A stretch of 64,000 nt of DNA from Verrucomicrobiota bacterium (lineage in GTDB: Bacteria; Verrucomicrobiota; Verrucomicrobiia; Limisphaerales; UBA11358), in the NCBI GenBank assembly GCA_049523555.1, contig JBEKMU010000001.1:226-64225 (forward strand), written 5' to 3'. Made by a program: the position numbers and the translations under genes. A model generated the notes under the pieces. It was not told the DNA's origin. It searched no databases and was given only the letters and a program-made list of their open reading frames with translations. Positions within the stretch are counted from its first letter, which is position 1, and each line of letters begins with the position of its first letter. Of this stretch, positions 19,328 to 26,876 are shown in pieces.

Positions 19328-20167
19328 ATGAACGCGCTTGCCATATTGACTCTTCTGAGCACCGCCTGTTTGTGGACAAACGGCGCACAAGCGCAAATTG
19401 AGCTTCTGCCCGACAAGGAACCGCAATGCGTGTTCGCCGGTAATGCGCGGCCAATCACCGTCGTCTGGTACAACGCCTGTGACAAAACTATGGACGCCGA
19501 AATACGAACCCGGCTTTATCAAACCAGTTCTGCGACCGTGGCCCCACTGAGTGAACAGTCTTGGAAGAAAATCACGATTCTGCCCAAACAAACCGTCCTC
19601 GAATCTGCGCAAGTGGATTTTCCCGCCGTGAAGGCCGAAACGCGGTTTCTCCTTCAATGGCTGGAAGGCTCGAATCGTGTCATTGGCAAAACCGAGGTGC
19701 TGGTTTACCCGACGAATCTGCTGGCCGAATTAAAAACGCTCATGGGTGAAAACGTTTTGGGTGTCTTTGACCCAAACAACGAACTCAAGCCGTTGCTCCA
19801 GCAGAACCACATGGAATTTTCAGATTTGGGAGAGGCGGCACTAGAAGATTTTCGGGGTAAACTAGCTGTCATCGGGCCATTTCTATCGAAGACCCAAATG
19901 CGCGAAGGCCTGGCGCAAGCCGTTCAGAGAATTGCCTGGAAGGGTGCGGCGGTGGTCTGGATTCAACCGCCCTCGGAACCGAAGGACAAAATCAAACCAT
20001 CGTTTTATATCGTGCCGGAGGGCAAGGGTGCAGTGGTAGTCGTCCAGTCTGACCTGGTTGCCGGTCTGTCAGAAAATCCCAGGTCGCAACTCAACCTGAT
20101 TTATTTTTCCAAACTGGCGCTGAATCCCGAATCATTTCCTTTGCCTGATTTAAAAACGCAACCATGA
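19328..20167 (+). CDS. Hypothetical secreted protein
   Basis: Signal peptide MNALAILTLLSTACLWTNGAQAQ. Starts 7 nt after the previous stop. No recognisable motif. Confidence 0.5.
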   Translation: MNALAILTLLSTACLWTNGAQAQIELLPDKEPQCVFAGNARPITVVWYNACDKTMDAEIRTRLYQTSSATVAPLSEQSWKKITILPKQTVLESAQVDFPAVKAETRFLLQWLEGSNRVIGKTEVLVYPTNLLAELKTLMGENVLGVFDPNNELKPLLQQNHMEFSDLGEAALEDFRGKLAVIGPFLSKTQMREGLAQAVQRIAWKGAAVVWIQPPSEPKDKIKPSFYIVPEGKGAVVVVQSDLVAGLSENPRSQLNLIYFSKLALNPESFPLPDLKTQP

Positions 20168-20180
20168 AATCAAAAACATT

Positions 20181-21110
20181 ATGAAAACACGAATCCCATT
20201 CATACTGGCCCTGTTACTGGCCGCAGGTGCTATTGCGCGCGCAACTCCGCAGGATATTCTCACCGTCGCGGTCTTCGACTTCGATTCGAAGGACGAAGCT
20301 GTGAGCGGCCTCGGCCCGAAGGTGGCCACGCTGGTCAACGCCAATCTGTCCGCCGAACCGCAAATCATCACGGTGGAGCGCGCCGAACTTGAAAAGGTGT
20401 TAGGCGAACAGGAACTCGGCCTGTCCGGCACGGTCAACCCGGACAGCGCGGCCAAAATTGGCCAACTGACCGGCGCCAAGGTGCTCGTCACGGGACGGGT
20501 GTTCAAAGCGGACGACCAGACCATCATCGTCGCCAAGGTCATCGGCACCGAGACCAGCCGGGTTTATGGCGAAATGGTGCAAGGCGGATCGTCAGCCACC
20601 ATTGTTGACCTGTCATCCAGTCTCGCGAAGAAAATCGCCGCTGATGTGTCGGGGAAAAGCGACACCTTGGTGGCGAAGGTGGAAACGCGCGAGGAACGGA
20701 TTGCCAAAATCAAGCAGGCGCTCGCCGGCAAGACACTGCCGGTGGTTGCGGTGAAGATCAACGAACGGCATTACGGACCGCACATCATTGACCCGGCGGC
20801 GGAGACGGAACTGTCGCTGATTTTGCAACAGTGTGGTTTCACGCTGGCGGACAACAATTCCACCAACAAACCGGCCATCGAAATTACAGGCGACGCCTTC
20901 AGCGCGTACGGCATGCAGAAGGGCAACCTGATTTCCTGCAAGTCGCGGGTGGAAATCAAGGTCCGCGACATTGCCACGGGAAACATCCTAATGGTGGACC
21001 GTCAGACCAGCGTGGGTGTGGACATTGCGGAGCAGACCGCCGCCAAGACGGCATTGCAGAACGCGGCGGACGTGCTGGCGGAGCGGGTAATCCCTAAGCT
21101 GGTCAAGTGA
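20181..21110 (+). CDS. Secreted CsgG/LpoB/FlgO-like protein
   Basis: Signal peptide. ILTVAVFDFDSKDEAVSGLGPKVATLVNANLSAEPQIITVERAELEKVLGEQELGLSGTVNPDSAAKIGQLTGAKVLVTGRVF fits the CsgG-like alpha/beta module pattern also seen at the N-termini of the two giant proteins. Confidence 0.55.
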   Translation: MKTRIPFILALLLAAGAIARATPQDILTVAVFDFDSKDEAVSGLGPKVATLVNANLSAEPQIITVERAELEKVLGEQELGLSGTVNPDSAAKIGQLTGAKVLVTGRVFKADDQTIIVAKVIGTETSRVYGEMVQGGSSATIVDLSSSLAKKIAADVSGKSDTLVAKVETREERIAKIKQALAGKTLPVVAVKINERHYGPHIIDPAAETELSLILQQCGFTLADNNSTNKPAIEITGDAFSAYGMQKGNLISCKSRVEIKVRDIATGNILMVDRQTSVGVDIAEQTAAKTALQNAADVLAERVIPKLVK

Positions 21111-21122
21111 ATGGAGATCCAG

Positions 21123-21407
21123 TTATTTCGTGGACGCGCGGCGCACCCGTTCTTTTTTCTCCTCCAACTCGGCTTGAAGTTTTTTGCGTTCGCCGACCAA
21201 TTGCTGCTGCAGCGTTTCGGCTTTTTCGAAGTTGCCGGTGGCAGCGGCCTTGGCAATCTCGTCCTTCAACGCGATCTCGCGCCCGGCAATTTTCGCGCCG
21301 TATTGGGCGTCCAGCTCCGCGAGCTGTTTTTTCTGCGCGCCGGTGAGTTTGATGGCAGGAGCGGCTTTGCTGAGCCGTTCCATTGCGAGTTCGTAGGCCG
21401 TCTTCAT
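21123..21407 (-). CDS. Small coiled-coil protein of unknown function
   Basis: 94 aa, charged and helical (…KKQLAELDAQYGAKIAGREIALKDEIAKAAATGNFEKAETLQQQLVGERKKLQAELEEKKE…). Its start overlaps the upstream TPR gene stop by 4 nt. Confidence 0.5.
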   Translation of the reverse strand: MKTAYELAMERLSKAAPAIKLTGAQKKQLAELDAQYGAKIAGREIALKDEIAKAAATGNFEKAETLQQQLVGERKKLQAELEEKKERVRRASTK

Positions 21408-21883
21408 ATTTTCGGGTCTGGCGTCTGGGTTCTGGGAGCTGGGGTGTCAGCGTCGGCCTTTTTCTTCTTCCACGGCTGGCTTGGAAATTTGATGGGCGGC
21501 GGTTTGGGTTTGGCCATTTGCAATTCAGGCTCTTCGCCGGGTTTTGCGCCAGGTGGGCCGGCCTTGGCATCGGCGCGCCACGATTCAATTTTCGCCTGCA
21601 GGCCGTGATGTTCAGCCTTCTGCCGGTCGCCGCTTTTCATGTAAAAGAGCGAGAGGTTCGTATGGACGAATTGTTCCTTGGGGCGAAGCGCCTCGGCCTT
21701 GTGGCCTTCGGCAATCGCGGACGCAAAATCGCCCTGGCGGTAATAAGCCATGCCGAGGGCGAGTTGGGCGTCAAAGTGCGCCGCGTCAGCCGCCAGCACG
21801 GCCCTGAGCCTGGCGATGGCCCCGTTGAAATCGCCGCGGCTGAATTCAAACATCGCGTCGTCATATTGTTCCTGCGAAGTCAT
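21404..21883 (-). CDS. TPR-repeat protein with a Lys/Pro-rich tail
   Basis: The internal ATG at 21883 (MTSQEQYDDAMFEF...) is preferred over the ORF-track start at 21928. TPR-like repeats are present (GDFNGAIARLRAVLAADAAHFDAQLALGMAYYRQGDFASAIAEGHKAEALRP). Confidence 0.6.
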   Translation of the reverse strand: MTSQEQYDDAMFEFSRGDFNGAIARLRAVLAADAAHFDAQLALGMAYYRQGDFASAIAEGHKAEALRPKEQFVHTNLSLFYMKSGDRQKAEHHGLQAKIESWRADAKAGPPGAKPGEEPELQMAKPKPPPIKFPSQPWKKKKADADTPAPRTQTPDPKI

Positions 21884-22187
21884 GCAAATCTTCAATGGCA
21901 CGCTACGCACAATGGCGGCTTCGCGCAAGTGACAGATGACTCCAGCCGAAAAGATAATTTTTCCAAGTCACCGGAGTTCATAAATAGCACTAATCAACAT
22001 CTTAAGCGTGAAAAATTTGTCGGCGCCATAAATTCTAACTTGTTGATTTTCAGTAAGATAAATCGTGGATTAGAATTTGACACGTTCACCTTCAGTGGCT
22101 TAATGTGACGTGGCAAGGTGTCGTGCTGATTTGGCTTCAGCCGCCGGTTCACCTTGTGTCGCAGTAAATTTTAAACGTGAGGTTTTC

Positions 22188-24017
22188 ATGAGTGATACAA
22201 CCGCAACCGCCTCGTGGGGCGGCGCGCCGAAGGTTTCGCGAATCAACGAAGCCGTGATCCGCATCGCCGGCAATTCGCAGGATGGCATCCAGGCCATCGG
22301 CGGTTTTCTCGCGCGGCTCGCCGGCCGCAGCGAGCAGGAGGTCATGACGTTCATGACCATCCCGGCCACGATTTCCGGCGGCCCCTCGATTTTCCAGGTG
22401 CGCATCGGCTCCGGCGAGGTGTTGAGCGCGGGCGACGATGCCGACGTGCTGCTCCCCTTTTACCAGCATTCCTACGAAGACCACATCGGCTCGCTCAAAA
22501 AGGGCGGCATTGTCCTTTACGATTCCGACCATGTCGTGCCGAACCCGGAATGGCAGAAGGATTACCGCCACGTCGGTGTTCCCATTTCCACCCTGACCGT
22601 GGAAGCCATCGGCGGCACGGCCAAGGACAAGGGCAAAAACATCTTTTCGCTCGGCCTGATCGCGCGAATCTTCGACCTGAACGTGCCGAAACTTGAAAAG
22701 CTCATCGCCGAACGTTTCGGTGGCAAGGACGAGAGCATCGTCAGAAATGCCCTCGTGGCCTTCCACGCGGGCTATTCGTATTCCGTCGGTGATTTACTGG
22801 AGACGTTTCAATTTTCCCCCAGCCGCCAGCGCGAAGGACAACAAGTCGTCATGAACGGCAATGAAGCGCTGGGTTACGGTCTCATTGCCGCCGGCGTGCG
22901 CTTTGGCGCGGGTTATCCCATTACGCCGTGGACAGACATCATGGAATTGCTCCGGCGTGAACTGCCCAAATATGGCGGCACCTTCGTCCAGTGCGAGGAT
23001 GAAATCGCTTCCGTTTCGATGGCCATGGGCGCGAGTTATGCCGGGCGCGTCGCGGTCACGGGTTCCAGCGGTCCGGGTATTTCTCTCAAAATGGAATCGG
23101 TCGGCTGGGGCGTGATGGCCGAGGTGCCGGTGGTGGTTGTGGATGTTCAACGCGGCGGCCCGTCCACCGGCTTGCCGACAAGCGTCGAGCAATCCGATCT
23201 GAACATCGCCCGCTTCGGCAGCCACGGCGATTCGCCCCGCGTCGTGCTGGCACCGGCCAACGTCGAGGATTGTTTCTACACCGCCATCGAGGCCGTCAAC
23301 ATCGCGCGCAAATACAATGTTCCGGTTTTCATTCTGAGCGATCAGGCCATCGCCACGCGCATCGAGGCGTTTCCAGAACCGAACCTCGAAAAAGTGTGCC
23401 AGGACATTTCGCCTGACCTGACGATGGTTCCCGATTTCACGCCGTATGATTTGTCCACTCCGGACGGTGTTGTCCCTCGGGTCGCGCCCGGCACGCGCAT
23501 TGCCAGCGGCAAATATCCCGTTGCGACCGGTCTCGAGCACGATGAAGCCGGCCACCCGACCAGCGCGCCCAAGGTGCACCAGGCCATGGTCGCCAAGCGA
23601 CGCAAGAAATTGCTGGCCCTCCAGGCGACGCTGTCCGTACCGAAGGTTTACGGACCGCCGGAGGGCAACGTCCTGCTCGTCGGCTGGGGTTCGACGCAAG
23701 GCCCGATTTGCGAGGCCGTGGACCGCGCCCGTGCCGCCGGCGACAGCATCTCGTCGCTGCACATCAAACATCTCCATCCGCTGCCGAACGGGTTGGAAAA
23801 CATTTTCTCCGGGTTCCACCACGTGCTCGTTGTGGAGATGAACGATGAAGGGTTTTATGGTTACGGCCAGCTTGCCGGCATGCTGCGCGCCCGTTATTGC
23901 GACCCCCGGATCCGCGGCATCAACAAGACCGACGGCCTGACGTGGAAGGTGAAGGAGCTTCTTGCGGCGGTGAAACTAAAATTGTCCTCGAACGGCCAGG
24001 CCGCCAAAACCGTCTAA
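22188..24017 (+). CDS. korA: 2-oxoglutarate:ferredoxin (2-oxoacid:acceptor) oxidoreductase, alpha subunit
   Basis: ATG at 22188 (MSDTTATASW...) is preferred. Shows the typical KorA layout (gamma-like N-domain, then GNEALGYGLIAAGVRFGAGYPITP..., and the GSSGPGISLKMESVGW pyrimidine-binding domain). Followed by the TPP-binding beta subunit. Confidence 0.85.
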   Translation: MSDTTATASWGGAPKVSRINEAVIRIAGNSQDGIQAIGGFLARLAGRSEQEVMTFMTIPATISGGPSIFQVRIGSGEVLSAGDDADVLLPFYQHSYEDHIGSLKKGGIVLYDSDHVVPNPEWQKDYRHVGVPISTLTVEAIGGTAKDKGKNIFSLGLIARIFDLNVPKLEKLIAERFGGKDESIVRNALVAFHAGYSYSVGDLLETFQFSPSRQREGQQVVMNGNEALGYGLIAAGVRFGAGYPITPWTDIMELLRRELPKYGGTFVQCEDEIASVSMAMGASYAGRVAVTGSSGPGISLKMESVGWGVMAEVPVVVVDVQRGGPSTGLPTSVEQSDLNIARFGSHGDSPRVVLAPANVEDCFYTAIEAVNIARKYNVPVFILSDQAIATRIEAFPEPNLEKVCQDISPDLTMVPDFTPYDLSTPDGVVPRVAPGTRIASGKYPVATGLEHDEAGHPTSAPKVHQAMVAKRRKKLLALQATLSVPKVYGPPEGNVLLVGWGSTQGPICEAVDRARAAGDSISSLHIKHLHPLPNGLENIFSGFHHVLVVEMNDEGFYGYGQLAGMLRARYCDPRIRGINKTDGLTWKVKELLAAVKLKLSSNGQAAKTV

Positions 24018-24038
24018 TATTCAAAGTTGAAAGATGTT

Positions 24039-24989
24039 ATGAGCGAAACGATTGCCGAAAGTCCCGTGCGTGTCCCGCAAAGCGGGATTCCCGTCACGGC
24101 GCCGCCGCCCGCTCCGGAGCGCAAGGGTCTGACGAAAAAGGAGCTTGCCGCCGATCACCCGACGTGGTGTCCCGGTTGCGGCGATTTCTCGGTGCTCGCG
24201 CTTTACTTCAAGCTCATTGAAAAGCGCAAGCTCACGCACGAGCAATTCGTCAGCATCGCGGGCATCGGCTGTTCGAGCCGGTTTCCGTATTTTGTGCAGG
24301 CACACGGGGTGCATTATATCCACGGGCGCGCGTTGCCGTTTGCCAGCGGCATTTCACTTTCCCGGCCGGATTTGCACGTGTTCGTTTTCGGCGGCGACGG
24401 CGACGCGTTTTCGATTGGCGGCAATCATTTCACTCATACCGCGCGCAAAAACGTGAAGCTCACCTATGTCGTCATGGACAACTGGGTTTATGGCCTGACG
24501 AAAAAGCAGACGTCGCCCACGTCGCCGCTCGGTTTCAAGAGCAAGACCGACCAGTGGGGCGCGGTGGATTACCCGATCAATCCACTGAAACAGGCCATCG
24601 CCGCCGGGGCCACGTTCGTCGCGCGCACCACGTCCACGAATCCGAACCATGTGCTGGCGATGATGGAAGCCGCGATGGACCACGACGGCTTCAGCTTCAT
24701 CGAATGTCTTAGTGAATGCGTGGAATTTTACGAGGGCGCGTTCGACGCCGCGAACCCGCGCAAGGGCGGCTTGTTCAAGGAAGTGCCGAAGGACCACGAC
24801 GTGAGCGACGAAACGACTGCCTACCAGCTCGCCGGCACGGATTTCCCGGGTTACTTTGGCATTTTTTACAAATCCAACAAGCCGACCAAAAACGCGAAGG
24901 AAGCCGACATCAACCAGGCTGCGAGGGAAAAGATCAAAGGCTTGAAGGACTGGCAGATTCTCCAGAAAAACTTCGACCGGCTGAAGTAA
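24039..24989 (+). CDS. korB: 2-oxoglutarate:ferredoxin oxidoreductase, beta subunit (TPP-binding)
   Basis: HPTWCPGCGDFSVL, GIGCSSRF and GGDGDAFSIGGNHFTH motifs. ATG at 24039 is preferred over TTG at 24027. Confidence 0.85.
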   Translation: MSETIAESPVRVPQSGIPVTAPPPAPERKGLTKKELAADHPTWCPGCGDFSVLALYFKLIEKRKLTHEQFVSIAGIGCSSRFPYFVQAHGVHYIHGRALPFASGISLSRPDLHVFVFGGDGDAFSIGGNHFTHTARKNVKLTYVVMDNWVYGLTKKQTSPTSPLGFKSKTDQWGAVDYPINPLKQAIAAGATFVARTTSTNPNHVLAMMEAAMDHDGFSFIECLSECVEFYEGAFDAANPRKGGLFKEVPKDHDVSDETTAYQLAGTDFPGYFGIFYKSNKPTKNAKEADINQAAREKIKGLKDWQILQKNFDRLK

Positions 24990-25064
24990 TTTACGACATC
25001 TGATTTGCGATTTACGAGTCCGTCGAATTTTCGCCAGGCTCTTAAATTATTTACTGGCGCGTCA

Positions 25065-25092
25065 ATCGTGAATCGTAAATCGTAAATCGCCA
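25065..25092. repeat. Four tandem heptamers AATCGTG/AATCGTA/AATCGTA/AATCGCC abutting the ATG at 25093
   Basis: Read directly. The complementary units ATTTACG/ATTTGCG/ATTTACG lie at 24989-25016, just after the korB stop. Confidence 0.8.
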
Positions 25093-25596
25093 ATGCCGAT
25101 TTACGAATTCGCCTGTCCGAAGTGCCGCCGGATTTTCAGCTTCCTCTCGAAGCGCGTGAATCCCGGGCGCCCGCCGGTTTGCCCCAAATGCGGCAATAAA
25201 AAAATGTCCAAGCAGATCAGCCGCTTCGCCATGACCAAGGGGTTGAAGGAATCATCCGCCAAAACCGACGCCGGCGCCCCGGACGGTCCGCCCATGCCCG
25301 ATTTCGACGACCCGCGGGTCGCCCGCGCCATGGCCGAGATGGAACGCGACATGGAACATCTGGACGAAAACAATCCGCGGCACATGGCGCACCTGATGAA
25401 GAAAATGAAAGGTCTTATGCCGCCCGGTTCGACGCCGAAGGAACTGGATGTGGCCATCAAACGCTTGGAGGCCGGGGAAGACCCCGAAAAAATCGAAGCC
25501 GACATGGGCGACGTGCTTGGCGATTTCATGGGCGGCCCGGAAGGCGGCGCTGGTGGCGGCGGTTACACCAAGGACAGCGGACTCTATGACTATTAA
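25093..25596 (+). CDS. FmdB-family zinc-ribbon protein with an acidic/Gly-rich tail
   Basis: MPIYEFACPKCRRIF...PPVCPKCGN is the CxxC...CxxC zinc-ribbon signature of the FmdB/CxxC_CxxC_SSSS family. Confidence 0.7.
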   Translation: MPIYEFACPKCRRIFSFLSKRVNPGRPPVCPKCGNKKMSKQISRFAMTKGLKESSAKTDAGAPDGPPMPDFDDPRVARAMAEMERDMEHLDENNPRHMAHLMKKMKGLMPPGSTPKELDVAIKRLEAGEDPEKIEADMGDVLGDFMGGPEGGAGGGGYTKDSGLYDY

Positions 25597-26776
25597 AAAG
25601 GGGCTCCGCTTCAAAACCGCCTGTTACACCATCGAGGGAATGAATTCCTTCGCCACGGTGCTTTTTTTCAACTACCTCTACTTTTTCATGCAGGCGCGGC
25701 ATGGTTTCAGCGACAAGGACAACCTCGCCTTTGCTGCGCTGCTCGGATTGGCTTACACGTTTGGTTCCTGGCAGGCCGGGCGGTTCGCGCGGCGCCACGG
25801 TTATTTCACCGCGCTCAAACTCGGGTTTAGCATCATGCTCGTCTCACTGGCCGTCGGTTCGCAATTAAACTCTGCGCCGGGCCAAATCCTCGCCGCGATC
25901 GTCGTCACCCTCGGTATGTGTCTCATCTGGCCGACGATTGAAGCCCTCGTCAGCGAAGGCGAAACGCCCGAAGGCGTGCCGCGCGCCGTTGGCCTTTACA
26001 ACATCACTTGGGCGGTGGCCAATGCGATAGCGTATTTCATTGGCGGCACATTCATCCAAACGTTCGGTTTCCGAAGCATCTTCTATTTGCCAATCGGGAT
26101 TGTGCTCATCCAGCTTGCCCTGACCTTCTGGCTGCAAAATCACGCAACCGAACTGGCCCGGCTGACCGTCAACAAACCGCCCGCCGCGCCCCCGCCGCCC
26201 GACCCCCATCGGCCATCGCCGGCAAAGGCGAAGGCGTTTCTGCGCATGGCGTGGCTCGCCAACCCGTTCGCCTACATCGCCATCAATACCTTCATCGCCG
26301 TCATCCCCGGCCTCGCTGCGCGGTTGCATCTCTCACCGATGCTGGCGGGATTCACCTGCTCGCTCTGGTGCTTTGCGCGGCTTGGCATATTCCTCACGCT
26401 GTGGTCCTGGACCGGCTGGCATTACCGCTTTCGCTGGCTCGTGACGGCATTCGGCCTCCTCGTCGTTTCGTTCGCGGCGATTCTCATCGTGCCGAGTCTG
26501 GCCGTGCTGCTCGTGGCGCAAATTTTCTTCGGCGTGGCCATCGGGCTGATTTATTACTCGTCGTTGTTTTACTCGATGGACGCGAGCGAAATCAAAAGCG
26601 AACACGGCGGCATTCACGAGGCGGCCATCGGTGTGGGCAACTGCCTCGGTCCGGCGGTCGGCGCGGCGTCGTTGCAATTCCTGCCGCAATACGCCAACAG
26701 CGGCGCGCTGGCCGTAAGCGCGCTGCTGCTCTGCGGCTTCGGCGCGCTGCTCACGATTTGGAAGACCGCCCGGTGA
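25586..26776 (+). CDS. MFS transporter
   Basis: ATG at 25586 (MTIKKGLRFK...) overlaps the previous gene by 11 nt. About 12 hydrophobic segments, with MFS-like loop motifs (GRFARRHGY). Confidence 0.7.
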   Translation: MTIKKGLRFKTACYTIEGMNSFATVLFFNYLYFFMQARHGFSDKDNLAFAALLGLAYTFGSWQAGRFARRHGYFTALKLGFSIMLVSLAVGSQLNSAPGQILAAIVVTLGMCLIWPTIEALVSEGETPEGVPRAVGLYNITWAVANAIAYFIGGTFIQTFGFRSIFYLPIGIVLIQLALTFWLQNHATELARLTVNKPPAAPPPPDPHRPSPAKAKAFLRMAWLANPFAYIAINTFIAVIPGLAARLHLSPMLAGFTCSLWCFARLGIFLTLWSWTGWHYRFRWLVTAFGLLVVSFAAILIVPSLAVLLVAQIFFGVAIGLIYYSSLFYSMDASEIKSEHGGIHEAAIGVGNCLGPAVGAASLQFLPQYANSGALAVSALLLCGFGALLTIWKTAR

Positions 26777-26832
26777 GATTAACGCAAAGGCGCCAAGGCG
26801 CTAAGCCGCCAGGAGAAAACAATCCTCAATTG

Positions 26833-26864
26833 CTTTGCGCCTTTGCATCTTTGCGTCTTTGCGT
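26833..26864. repeat. Four tandem octamers CTTTGCGC/CTTTGCAT/CTTTGCGT/CTTTGCGT in the thrS leader, forming the right arm of an imperfect inverted repeat with 26779-26801
   Basis: Read directly. TTAACGCAAAG (26779-26789) is complementary to CTTTGCGTTAA (26857-26867). The array ends 12 nt before the thrS ATG. Confidence 0.75.
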
Positions 26865-26876
26865 TAAAAGAAAGCC

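Noticed and set aside
21929-22187. AT-rich divergent intergenic region upstream of korA as a defined promoter or regulatory element
   Set aside because: It probably contains promoters, but I could not identify convincing -35/-10 boxes or operator repeats by eye, so no feature is claimed.
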